Positions 1 through 8,706 of a stretch of 64,000 nucleotides of DNA are shown piece by piece (positions within the stretch are counted from its first letter, which is position 1; each line of letters opens with the position of its first letter). Origin of the DNA: Candidatus Aenigmatarchaeota archaeon (GTDB lineage: Archaea > Aenigmatarchaeota > Aenigmatarchaeia > QMZS01); the NCBI GenBank assembly GCA_030600555.1, contig JAUVLW010000001.1, forward strand, positions 6,411 through 70,410, written 5' to 3'. Position numbers and translations under genes: made by a program. A model generated the notes under the pieces. The model was not told the origin of the DNA and made no database searches. It saw nothing but the letters and a program-made list of their open reading frames with translations.

Positions 1-12
1 TCCCGAACATAA

Positions 13-324
13 TTATCTAAACAGAAAATAAGAGAATATAGAATATCCTATCTTAATTAGGAAATAGATAAATATCAGGTTTACGCCTGGGTTGCTGAAT
101 CCATAAGAGAACAATATAAGGAAAGGTATTGCTAAATCAACCAGTGAATATATTTTTAACAAAATTGTCAGAGGAGGCAATATCTGAATAAATGTAGTAA
201 TTCCTCTCAAAAGGATGATTGAAATTATTATAACTGCAAACAGGTTGTTTGAATAACTCATCATAAGCAGAACACCTATTATTATGTCTATAAGCCCCAT
301 CAGGTAAATTAATATCATGAACAT
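13..324 (-). CDS. Small integral membrane hypothetical protein
   Basis: 103-aa ORF, 3-4 hydrophobic segments. Confidence 0.7.
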   Translation of the reverse strand: MFMILIYLMGLIDIIIGVLLMMSYSNNLFAVIIISIILLRGITTFIQILPPLTILLKIYSLVDLAIPFLILFSYGFSNPGVNLIFIYFLIKIGYSIFSYFLFR

Positions 325-386
325 AATTATTAGACAGGTAAATATTATTATTTGGATAATTTATAAATTTAATGATATTCAGTTAT

Positions 387-574
387 GCTTCAGTAGCTCA
401 GCAGGTAGAGCATCTGGCTGTTAACCAGGAGGTCGAAGGTTCGAGGCAACCCTTTTCAAGGTAATTGTTGAAAAAGGTCTGCACCCCAAAAATGCTCATC
501 TTTAGATGGCACCCCTTTTTGCATCGCAAAAAGAAGGACTTAATTGGGGTGAAATGAAAATCCTTCCTGAAGCG
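387..574 (+). tRNA. tRNA-Asn(GTT) with 115-nt intron at position 59/60 (446-560)
   Basis: Acceptor GCTTCAG(387-393)/CTGAAGC(567-573); D stem GCTC/GAGC; anticodon arm TCTGG-CTGTTAA-CCAGG; T stem GAAGG/CCTTC. Central splice helix TTCG/TGAA with a 3-nt AAT bulge; splicing gives T-loop TTCGAGT. Confidence 0.93.
446..492 (+). repeat. Copy 1 of a 47-nt element shared by the tRNA-Asn and tRNA-Glu T-loop introns (inverted relative to 2048-2094)
   Basis: GCAACCCTTTTCAAGGTAATTGTTGAAAAAGGTCTGCACCCCAAAAA; 44/47 identical to the reverse complement of 2048-2094. Confidence 0.95.
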
Positions 575-622
575 TATTTTTTTAAAATAAAAATATAAAA
601 TTCCCAAAAAATAAAATCAAAC

Positions 623-877
623 TTATTTTTTCTTTGATTTTTTATCCCCGTCAATTTCTTTCTTTAATTTTACGTCTTTGAGTTCTTCTAGTTCCACCCA
701 CATTATCAACAATCCTGTTAAAATCAGAACTATTCCAACAGAGCCTGAGAGAAGCACTTTTAGACTAAATAAAGAGTCCACTAATCCAGCCATTTCAAAA
801 GAACTATGGAATACATACCAGGCAATCCCCGACAGGGTAATTAATACCCCAATTATTAGTTTTACTATCGTGTTCAT
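623..877 (-). CDS. Small membrane protein (2 TM, basic tail)
   Basis: 84-aa ORF with ATG start, divergent from rpl15e. Confidence 0.7.
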   Translation of the reverse strand: MNTIVKLIIGVLITLSGIAWYVFHSSFEMAGLVDSLFSLKVLLSGSVGIVLILTGLLIMWVELEELKDVKLKKEIDGDKKSKKK

Positions 878-916
878 ATATAATATAGGTATTAAATTAT
901 TTTGATTAGTTTTATA

Positions 917-1489
917 ATGGGATTTAGTAAATATTTGAGAGAAATCTGGAAAGCACCCAAGAAAAATGAGGTTTATAAAGAGAGATTAATAACTTATAGA
1001 AGAGAAAATGTTGTTGTTAAAATAGACAAACCAACCCGATTAGATCGGGCTAAAGCGTTAGGATATAAGGCAAAACAGGGATTTGTAGTTACAAGAGCGA
1101 AAATTAAGAAAGGAACCAGAGTGAGAACCAGAATAACAAAAGGAAGGAAACCATCAAATTTAGGTACAAGAATACCGGCAAAAAAGAGCAAACAAGTCAT
1201 AATTGAAGAAAGGGTTGCGAGAAAATTCCCAAATCTTGAGGTTTTAAATTCTTATTGGATTGGCGAAGACGGTAAAAGCACTTGGTTTGAAGTAATCTTA
1301 GTGGATAAAACTCATCCTCAAATAAGGAATGATAAAGATGTTAACTGGATGCTCGAAAGACAGCATAAAGGCAGAGTTTTCAGAGGTATGACTTCAGCTG
1401 CCAAAAAATCAAGAGGTTTAAGCCGTAAAGGAAATGGTGCTGAAAAGATAAGACCAAGTATCAGGTCAAATAAAACCCAGGGGAAATAA
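917..1489 (+). CDS. rpl15e: 50S ribosomal protein L15e
   Basis: [41 protein letters not shown] motifs; ATG at 917. Confidence 0.97.
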   Translation: MGFSKYLREIWKAPKKNEVYKERLITYRRENVVVKIDKPTRLDRAKALGYKAKQGFVVTRAKIKKGTRVRTRITKGRKPSNLGTRIPAKKSKQVIIEERVARKFPNLEVLNSYWIGEDGKSTWFEVILVDKTHPQIRNDKDVNWMLERQHKGRVFRGMTSAAKKSRGLSRKGNGAEKIRPSIRSNKTQGK

Positions 1490-1553
1490 TTAATTTTTTA
1501 AAAAATAATTGGATTTTAGGTTATTTGCTGCGGTTTTATTCCAGAGAAATAAA

Positions 1554-2000
1554 CTATTTTTTATCAGTGCTTCCAAAACCCCCCCGACTATTTTCATCAA
1601 GCAAATCTTTATCATGAATTATATTTAAATCAGGCTTTTCAAATCTCAGGAACACAATTTGCCCTATTCTCTCGCCTTTTTCAATAATAGCTTCAGTTTC
1701 CCCAAAATTGTATAAATTTAGTTTTATTGAGTCTTCTTTTCCGCAGTAATCAAGGTCAATAATCCCCACAGAATTTAACATCATCAGGTTTTTCTTCACA
1801 GGGAGAGAACTTCTTACAAATAGAGAGACAAATATATTTTTATTGTTGAGTTTAACTATCATTCCCGTATCTACCACTTTGCTTGTCTTTGGGGAAATTT
1901 TTAGAGTTTCATTTGAGCATATATCATAACCCACAGAATTCGGTGTTTTGTAGCCAATATCATCAATTCCTTCAGGTACGTAAATTGTTCCTTCTTCCAT
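1554..2000 (-). CDS. dut: Trimeric dUTPase
   Basis: GYDI, RSS, GIIDLDY, GERIGQ and C-terminal RGGFGST motifs; start moved to 2000 because the upstream ORF extension overlaps tRNA-Glu. Confidence 0.93.
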   Translation of the reverse strand: MEEGTIYVPEGIDDIGYKTPNSVGYDICSNETLKISPKTSKVVDTGMIVKLNNKNIFVSLFVRSSLPVKKNLMMLNSVGIIDLDYCGKEDSIKLNLYNFGETEAIIEKGERIGQIVFLRFEKPDLNIIHDKDLLDENSRGGFGSTDKK

Positions 2001-2011
2001 AATTAAAAGCA

Positions 2012-2244
2012 TGCTCCCGCCGGGATTCTCATATACCCTAAAATTACTTTTTGGGGTGCAGACCTTTTTCAACAATCACGCTGAAAAGGGTTGCTTTGAA
2101 CCCGGGTCACCGGCTGTCTCCATGTCATAGACTTTGCGTCTCATACCTTTCTTTATTAACCAATTTCTTGGTTCGGGTGTCGGCCTTTTTTTAAAGGCTG
2201 ACTTCGAAAGGCCGGGATCCTGGACCGAGCTAGACTACAGGAGC
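2012..2244 (-). tRNA. tRNA-Glu(TTC) with two introns: 37/38 (2116-2204, 89 nt) and 59/60 (2026-2094, 69 nt)
   Basis: Acceptor GCTCCTG/CGGGAGC; anticodon arm CCGGC-CTTTCG^A-GCCGG with helix CTTT/GGAG and ACA bulge; T stem CCGGG/CCCGG with helix TTCA/TGAG and AAT bulge. Confidence 0.92.
2048..2094 (-). repeat. Copy 2 of the shared 47-nt tRNA intron element
   Basis: Minus strand reads GCAACCCTTTTCAGCGTGATTGTTGAAAAAGGTCTGCACCCCAAAAA. Confidence 0.95.
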
Positions 2245-2360
2245 ATAAATATTTAATTATTAATTTTTTAAAAGGTGGGTAAACAGCTTTATTGAGTATA
2301 TTCAAATAATTTTATAGATTGCCAGACCTCTATATATTTTATCTGGCTGAGATACAGAAA

Positions 2361-3083
2361 TTAATCTATTAGAGAATCCAAATATTCTTTTTCAAGGAAA
2401 TGTAGTTTACCGGGGATTATAATAACACAGAGAAAGCAATCCTGATTGAGCAGGTTTTTTATTTTATCATATCTTAAAATTTGTTCACTGCTTCCTGCTT
2501 TGCAAAAAACAACAACTTCAGTTTCTTCTGAAAGAAGATTTTTTTTGAATTTATTTTCCAGCTCAAGCAATATTTTTAACCCTTCACCACAGGTCATAAG
2601 TTTTTCTTTTGTGATATCCAGAAGGAATAATGTGTGCGCATCCTGTTTAAGATTATCTTCAAGTAGATTATAAGGCGCTTCAGAATAATAATAGGATATT
2701 GTTGAGACTTTCCCAAATTTATAAATTTGCAATCCTGTTTCTCCGATTGCGGAAAATATAGAACTTGAATGTATTATTTTTGTTTCAACTCCGGATTTTT
2801 TTGCGTCAAGCAGAATTGAATTATGAGTTGTCGCAATCAGAGAATCTCCGGGAACCAACAAAGCAACATCTTTTTCTTTTGCGGTGTCCAGAATATTATT
2901 GATATTATTTTCTAAATCTTCCCTCTCCACCGTTTCTGCATCAATACCCAGACTTTCTAAATCCCCTTTCCATAAACTTGTGTATCTTTCGATGAGAACT
3001 TTATCGCACTTTTTTGCGGCTTCCAAACCTTTAATAGAAATATCTTTTTCATCCCAGAGACCAATACCAATTAAATATAACAT
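2361..3083 (-). CDS. dph5: Diphthine synthase
   Basis: MLYLIGIGL..DISIKGLE, ERYTS, GDSLIATTH, GLQIYKFGK, HTLFLLD, PGKLHFLE. Confidence 0.95.
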   Translation of the reverse strand: MLYLIGIGLWDEKDISIKGLEAAKKCDKVLIERYTSLWKGDLESLGIDAETVEREDLENNINNILDTAKEKDVALLVPGDSLIATTHNSILLDAKKSGVETKIIHSSSIFSAIGETGLQIYKFGKVSTISYYYSEAPYNLLEDNLKQDAHTLFLLDITKEKLMTCGEGLKILLELENKFKKNLLSEETEVVVFCKAGSSEQILRYDKIKNLLNQDCFLCVIIIPGKLHFLEKEYLDSLID

Positions 3084-3084
3084 A

Positions 3085-4209
3085 TCAACACAAAATTTCA
3101 CCTTCTCCGATTACTATTTTAGGATGGGCTCCTAATGAAAAAGGGTCTTCTTTCCACACAATTAAAGACGCGAGTTTATTTTCTTTTATTTCTCCGATTT
3201 CTTTTGCACCAATAATTTCAGCATTCTGTTTGGTTATTATTGAGATGCATTCTGCTTTGCTGAGACCAAAGTATTTGAAGAATCTTAATTGCAAAAATAA
3301 ATTTCTTTGAAGGACTACAGGATGGTCGCTTATCAAACCATATTTTAAATTAGATTTTGCAAGAAGTCCTATATTTTTCCAACTTTCATTTTTTAATTCA
3401 ACTTTAGGCGGGAAGGAATCCACAGGACCATATACCACAGGGAATCCTGAATCTTTGATTATTTTAAATCCTCTTTCTGTGTTTATGTCGCATGCGTGAT
3501 TTATCACAATGTTTTTTAGTTTGAATTCTTTTGCTATTCTAATTATTGCAATTATATCATCTTCTTTATGAACATGAATCATTAATCTTTCTTTGTTTTC
3601 AATTATCCTAATTAAATGTTCAGTTAAATAACCAATTTCTTCGGGTTTCTTTTTTTTCTTTTCAATGAGTTTTTTTGCTTTTACCGCTTCCGATAATTTG
3701 CTTCTCAAAAGATATGCTGCCCCCATTCTTGTATAAGGTCTTGAGCCTTTCCATTCAGTTGTGCTTCTTGGGTTGTAACCAAAAGCCATCTTGATTCCAG
3801 TGTATTTCATAAATGCTTCTTCGGCGTTTTTTGCGTAATTTTTTATTAAGACGCATCGCCCTCCAATTATATTTCCGCTTCCAGGCATTATATTTGAGTA
3901 TAAAATTCCATGCTCAACAGATTCTGAAAATGCTTTGTCTTCAAGATAAATTGAATCCAAAGGGTCTGCAAAAAGGAAAGGTCCCATAGGGTCGTTAGCT
4001 TCATCTTCCTGATAAGGTTCGCCGCTTCTGCATAATCCAATATGGCAATGAGAATCCACAAATGCTGGTGTAACAATTCCTTCACCAATAATTTCGCATT
4101 TTGGTTTTGTTGCGGTAATTTTTTTAATCTTTTTATCAAATATAATATAAACATTTTCTTTTGTGTTTTTTGAACCATCATACAATAATTTCGCTTTTAC
4201 CGCTTTCAT
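3085..4209 (-). CDS. Metal-dependent amidohydrolase family protein
   Basis: VTPAFVDSHCHIG (HxH), PGSGNIIGG, MAFGYNP, SDHPV. Confidence 0.88.
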   Translation of the reverse strand: MKAVKAKLLYDGSKNTKENVYIIFDKKIKKITATKPKCEIIGEGIVTPAFVDSHCHIGLCRSGEPYQEDEANDPMGPFLFADPLDSIYLEDKAFSESVEHGILYSNIMPGSGNIIGGRCVLIKNYAKNAEEAFMKYTGIKMAFGYNPRSTTEWKGSRPYTRMGAAYLLRSKLSEAVKAKKLIEKKKKKPEEIGYLTEHLIRIIENKERLMIHVHKEDDIIAIIRIAKEFKLKNIVINHACDINTERGFKIIKDSGFPVVYGPVDSFPPKVELKNESWKNIGLLAKSNLKYGLISDHPVVLQRNLFLQLRFFKYFGLSKAECISIITKQNAEIIGAKEIGEIKENKLASLIVWKEDPFSLGAHPKIVIGEGEILC

Positions 4210-4231
4210 AAGTAATATTGAAATTTAATAG

Positions 4232-4570
4232 TTATAATAATTTGAGGTCTTTAATTAATTCATCAATTTTTTTGTCTTCTGCAGGACCAATCCCGAGGCA
4301 GGTAATTGTTGCGCTTGGAAGTTGGGTTAACCCGGCATCAATTACTAGATAATTTGGCAGGTTTTTTTCAAATACTCTTTTTTGTAATTCTATCAGTTCC
4401 ATTTCATCTTTAACTTTCAGAACAATTTTTTTGGCTCCTTCTTTTTCCCAGATTTCTCTCAATTGTTTATCCGCTCTTTTATAGGAACCTATGCTTGCAT
4501 GAGCAACCTGAGCCGCAATTTTTCCTTTACCCATTTTTAGATTAGTTCTAACAATAATTACTTGTTTCAT
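4232..4570 (-). CDS. pth2: Peptidyl-tRNA hydrolase Pth2
   Basis: KQVIIVRTNLKMGKGKIAAQVAHA, KKIVLKV, DAGLTQ, GIGP. Confidence 0.96.
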   Translation of the reverse strand: MKQVIIVRTNLKMGKGKIAAQVAHASIGSYKRADKQLREIWEKEGAKKIVLKVKDEMELIELQKRVFEKNLPNYLVIDAGLTQLPSATITCLGIGPAEDKKIDELIKDLKLL

Positions 4571-4591
4571 ATATACATTCAAATTATAATT

Positions 4592-5170
4592 ATGCTTAAG
4601 AAAACTAATGAAATGCATGAAATTTCAAACAAAAAACTCCCTAGATTTTTAGTTTATCTAATTTCATTTGTCGCATTTTTTGTTTCTTCACTCCTGTTAC
4701 TTTTCACATTGCCTTATATGATATTTGTTTCAGATTTATTAGGTTATGCAGCAATAATTATTTTTTCTGTAATACTTGGTTTATTGTTTAAGTTTCTTTT
4801 AGATAAAAGTGAATGTAAGAATCTGGATTATATTCTATTGCCTGTTATTCTTTCAACAATAAGCACTATTGTTTTTGGTTTTCTAAAATATATGGAATTG
4901 ATGTTTCAATTTATTAGCAATGCAGATCGGGTTTTTTCAGGATTGCCAAATTCATATTCTTCATTAGTAAATTTTCCAAGTACTGATTTGTTATTTTTCT
5001 TGTTAATGGTGTTGTTTAACTTAAGTTTTGTCTACAAATATCTACAGAATTCCGGTGATAAAAGATATATCTTTTTGTATATAATTCCCATAGTCTGTTA
5101 TTTTTTAATATCTTTTGCAGTTGGGGTCTTGTTTGGCTCTTCAATGAGTATGGGTTTAGCTCCAATATAA
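4592..5170 (+). CDS. Multi-pass membrane hypothetical protein
   Basis: About 5 hydrophobic helices; start uncertain (4592 or 4613). Confidence 0.65.
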   Translation: MLKKTNEMHEISNKKLPRFLVYLISFVAFFVSSLLLLFTLPYMIFVSDLLGYAAIIIFSVILGLLFKFLLDKSECKNLDYILLPVILSTISTIVFGFLKYMELMFQFISNADRVFSGLPNSYSSLVNFPSTDLLFFLLMVLFNLSFVYKYLQNSGDKRYIFLYIIPIVCYFLISFAVGVLFGSSMSMGLAPI

Positions 5171-5203
5171 AATCTATTTGCCAGATTACAAAAAATATTC
5201 AGC

Positions 5204-5644
5204 TTATTTCTTAGGTGTTGCTATAATTCCGCCTAAACCCGCAGAGGCAATCTGATGGATAACCCCGGAAGTCATGTTTGCGACATCTTGTATTTCTCCA
5301 GCTGAGATATTTAAGGTATTTGGTTTTAGAATTTCAATTGAACTTGGACCATAAGAAATAGTTATAACCATAAGGGTTTTCAAATCCTGAACCATTGCTT
5401 CGGTTTCAACAATCTGCGAGTATGCAAATTCAATGCCTTTCATTGGTTTTTCAACCTTTTCTATTTTGCTGAAGTCTTTTTTATAGACTAAAGATGTTTT
5501 TATTTTCTCTAGTTTATCAATATGTTCTTTCAGGCTTTTCTCCACAATTTCTTTATTCATCCCAAGAACTTCAAATATAAGGTTAACTTTCATCCATTTT
5601 TTAGCTTCAAGCTCTTTCATTTTGCATTTTAGTTCTGCGTCCAT
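5204..5644 (-). CDS. Hypothetical protein
   Basis: 146-aa ORF, normal composition, YGPSSIEIL motif. Confidence 0.7.
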   Translation of the reverse strand: MDAELKCKMKELEAKKWMKVNLIFEVLGMNKEIVEKSLKEHIDKLEKIKTSLVYKKDFSKIEKVEKPMKGIEFAYSQIVETEAMVQDLKTLMVITISYGPSSIEILKPNTLNISAGEIQDVANMTSGVIHQIASAGLGGIIATPKK

Positions 5645-5729
5645 AATTAATTAAAAAATTTAAATGGGGTTAAAAATGTTCTTCAATTTGATTATATCCT
5701 TTTCTTGAGAATTCAGCTGTGGATATAGT

Positions 5730-6038
5730 CTATTTGTAAGGGTTTCTGTAGCTTATTTCCAGTCCTCCGCCAATAGTTCTTCTGGCTTTGGTGTAATAGT
5801 TTAATTCTGTGTACTCGCCTAATAATTGGTTTATTATCGCAGTTTTCAGCTTAAATTCCGGAACTTTTTCAAGGTCCTCAAGATTGATAAAATAAGGGCG
5901 TACCCCTGAGTGGTCTTCGGTTTCATCCCATCCATATCCAATATGAGGTTTTTTACCATGAACTCTTATTTCTTCTTCATCAGGGATAAATAAGATATTT
6001 TCTCCTATATGTATAATTCGGTTTTCAGGTGATTCCAT
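5730..6038 (-). CDS. Hypothetical protein
   Basis: ORF from MESPENRII; the upstream extension overlaps tRNA-Leu and is discarded. Confidence 0.55.
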   Translation of the reverse strand: MESPENRIIHIGENILFIPDEEEIRVHGKKPHIGYGWDETEDHSGVRPYFINLEDLEKVPEFKLKTAIINQLLGEYTELNYYTKARRTIGGGLEISYRNPYK

Positions 6039-6061
6039 AAAAATACCTAAAAGTTTAAAAA

Positions 6062-6251
6062 TGCAGGAGGGGAGACTTCCGGTAAGATGTAATTTTAGTT
6101 TCTTTTGCTTAAGGTGTTTCTTTTCTAAAGACATTCGTCCTTTGGACGATGCATCGTTGCGAAGCAACTAATGAAATCTTATTCGAACTCCCGAACCGAC
6201 TAACAGACAGAGTCCTTAGCCCTGCGCCTTTGACCACTTGGCTACCCCTGC
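6062..6251 (-). tRNA. tRNA-Leu(AAG) with 106-nt intron at 59/60 (6076-6181)
   Basis: Acceptor GCAGGGG/CTCCTGC, discriminator A; D arm GCC-AAGTGGTCAAA-GGC; anticodon arm CAGGG-CTAAGGA-CTCTG; long variable arm; T stem GGGAG/CTCCC; splice helix TTCG/CGGA with AGT bulge. Confidence 0.9.
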
Positions 6252-6402
6252 ATAATATTAAATAAAGTAAATTCTTAAGTGAATGTTATGGTTGATTATT
6301 TGTATAGTTTTGAAAATAATGAAATTAGGGTTTTTGATGAAAATACCCGTGTAAAATTAGTTAAAGAGTTCTGCGTTTGATAATCTGAATAAGTTCAGCT
6401 AA

Positions 6403-7593
6403 TTAACAAAAATCAAATATTCTTCTTTGGGTTAATAGTTTGCTTTTTTTATTGTATTCTTCAATAGGAAGTCTTAATTTTGCGTTTAAGAAATTGAACA
6501 GTTCATTTAAATTTGTAAATTTATCATAGTTTAGTTTGAAAGCATTTCTTATCCCTTCCCTGACTTCCCACACCCCAACAGGAATTTCATATCCTTCGTG
6601 AATTTCTCTTATCACAATTGCTCTTGCTTGCTTTTTCATTCTTAACAAACCCTCGGCAACAGCGAACCTTGCGGCGTAATAACCCCCGCTCTGTGAAATT
6701 GCGTATTTTTTCCTTCCTCCGCATCCTTCATGTTCTATAGTTACACTCGGTTCTTTTCCCTGAAGGTTCCATAAAGTACCCGGGAACCAGGATTCAAATT
6801 GTTCAAATTCCCAGTTTCCCGGAATCAGGATAATGTAATAATAGTTATCAAGATAATTGTTTGTGAATAAAAAATATTCATTAACAGAATCAAAGTCATT
6901 TATTTGTTTTATAAAATGTTTCCCTAACAAATCATCCATTGCTGTGATGCTCCATCTTGTTGGCACAATTTTCTTTTTTACCCCGAGAACCCCTGAACTC
7001 AGAATTTTTGAAATCTGTGAAACTTCAAATTTTGAGTTGTAGAATTCTATTGCGGCGTCATTTGCTTTCATTTCCCCGTCAATCAGACCATAAACTTTTT
7101 TTGTGATTTTAGGATTATCCACCAGTTTTATTTTATTTACTTCCCCGCTCGCTCCCATTGGCTGAGTGATTGTTGAGAATGATTGCAAGAATGAAGGTTT
7201 CTTTGAGAAATTGATTTCCAGGTCCACAGGTTTTATTGAAAGAGTTATGTCCTGCAACTCCTGAATATATCTGTCTTTTGTGAAAATATTTTTTTTCAAT
7301 TTACCCCTTACAAGAGAATATCTGTCTTTGACAATGCTGTTAAGATCCATACCGTACATTTTTTCAGGTGTATCTTGTCTTTCAAGATTGGACTCATTCA
7401 GTGAAATCATAGGTCCGACTAATAAATTAGGATATCCTTCATGACCAACAAAAACAGATTTTGGGGAAGGTCCAAACAAAGTTTCCTTGATTTTTGGGGT
7501 TGAGATTTTTTGGTAATATATTTTTGTCAGCAATGGGCATTTATCCCTCCCACACAATTTTCTTACTCCTTTGCAGATTAAACATAAGTTCAT
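6403..7593 (-). CDS. nreA: Nre family DNA repair protein
   Basis: N-terminal CxxCKG..LCG..CP, VFVGHEGYP, VPTRWSITAMD, GGYYAAR, PVGVWEVRE, C-terminal PIP box QRRIFDF. Confidence 0.93.
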   Translation of the reverse strand: MNLCLICKGVRKLCGRDKCPLLTKIYYQKISTPKIKETLFGPSPKSVFVGHEGYPNLLVGPMISLNESNLERQDTPEKMYGMDLNSIVKDRYSLVRGKLKKNIFTKDRYIQELQDITLSIKPVDLEINFSKKPSFLQSFSTITQPMGASGEVNKIKLVDNPKITKKVYGLIDGEMKANDAAIEFYNSKFEVSQISKILSSGVLGVKKKIVPTRWSITAMDDLLGKHFIKQINDFDSVNEYFLFTNNYLDNYYYIILIPGNWEFEQFESWFPGTLWNLQGKEPSVTIEHEGCGGRKKYAISQSGGYYAARFAVAEGLLRMKKQARAIVIREIHEGYEIPVGVWEVREGIRNAFKLNYDKFTNLNELFNFLNAKLRLPIEEYNKKSKLLTQRRIFDFC

Positions 7594-7655
7594 AAATTTT
7601 TACTGATATAAATTAAACAAATGGTATTTGTTTTTAGGTTATAAGAGAAATTTAT

Positions 7656-8678
7656 TTAAGCATAACCCGTATAATCATTTTTAGGAACATTTATTTTTTG
7701 AGGTAAAAGGTTATTTTCATTTAAATATAAATCCGGGTCATTTAGAAAACCCAATCCAATACCATAATAATCTGAACCAGGTAAGATTTTTATCTTGTCG
7801 CCTTTTTTCAGAAATATCGCAACTTTGTAGGGATTAACTACAAGGGTAGATTCATCTAAAGGCTGGGTTGGTTGCACATCAAAATACACAGCTTCTGATT
7901 GATAACCTTTGTTCTTAAGAATATGTTCTGCTATTTCTAAAGAATCATATTGGACTTCTGCAATGGATTTATTGATTTCAGGCAATTCAGTTTCATTATT
8001 TTTAAGTTCCGCAATTTTATTTATTATTTGTGTGTCTTTTGGAGCGACGAAAGCGTATTTTAATTTATTATTGGGATTAGTTTCGTTAGTTGTATACACA
8101 AGGAATTTTTCAACACCTATAGGTATTGGAACTGGTATTGTTGGATGCAATGCCATCTTTTGACTTTCTATTATATTGGAAAATTCAAGTTTATTATAAT
8201 CTTCTTTATTAATTGAAATTTTGTCTAAAACTTTTATTTTTCTTAAAGAGTCAATATCTTTAAAATCAATATATTTCAGATATTCGCGTGTTTTTTTATC
8301 GGTTTTAAACAAACCTTTGTCTGCGTTTATTTCACTTTCTCCAACTAAAGCATATATGAGTCCCGCCACATTTTTTACAGGACTTAAAGAATTTTCTGAT
8401 AAATACAATGATGAAATAACATCATCTTTATATTTTGCCACTTCAAGTTTATTTATTTCTTCTCCAGCAGTCTCAAGAAAGGTTTTAATGCAACTATTGT
8501 TTTTGTTTGATTTATTGTATATTATTGAACCTAATTGCTGTAATTCGGTTTCTGTTCCAGGAATAATTGAGCTATAAACCGTTTTTTTTGTTAATAATGA
8601 TTTTGCGTTTCCGCTTAAAAAAATTGCATTATTTTCGGGGTCAAATCCAATTCTATCTATTTTTATTCTCTTTGACAT
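7656..8678 (-). CDS. Hypothetical protein, possibly two degenerate bifunctional-nuclease (DUF151)-like domains
   Basis: ORF from MSKRIKIDRIG; both halves loosely follow the DUF151 hydrophobic pattern; product call is weak. Confidence 0.6.
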   Translation of the reverse strand: MSKRIKIDRIGFDPENNAIFLSGNAKSLLTKKTVYSSIIPGTETELQQLGSIIYNKSNKNNSCIKTFLETAGEEINKLEVAKYKDDVISSLYLSENSLSPVKNVAGLIYALVGESEINADKGLFKTDKKTREYLKYIDFKDIDSLRKIKVLDKISINKEDYNKLEFSNIIESQKMALHPTIPVPIPIGVEKFLVYTTNETNPNNKLKYAFVAPKDTQIINKIAELKNNETELPEINKSIAEVQYDSLEIAEHILKNKGYQSEAVYFDVQPTQPLDESTLVVNPYKVAIFLKKGDKIKILPGSDYYGIGLGFLNDPDLYLNENNLLPQKINVPKNDYTGYA

Positions 8679-8706
8679 AATTAATAAGTAGCAAAATTTT
8701 AAATAA

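Noticed and set aside
446-560. Group I/II self-splicing intron or split-tRNA interpretation of the tRNA inserts
   Set aside because: Inserts are only 69-115 nt, I see no catalytic core, both exons are contiguous in cis, and the junctions fit EndA-type bulge-helix geometry
398-607. 69-aa minus-strand ORF
   Set aside because: Antisense shadow of tRNA-Asn and its intron
2001-2075. N-terminal extension of the dUTPase ORF (likewise 6039-6167 of the ORF ending at 5730)
   Set aside because: Overlaps tRNA exons and introns; in-frame ATGs lie just downstream of the tRNAs
6214-6220. Reading the Leu anticodon as TAA
   Set aside because: It would put C at position 33 and break the 5-bp stem / 7-nt loop; AAG is the centred triplet
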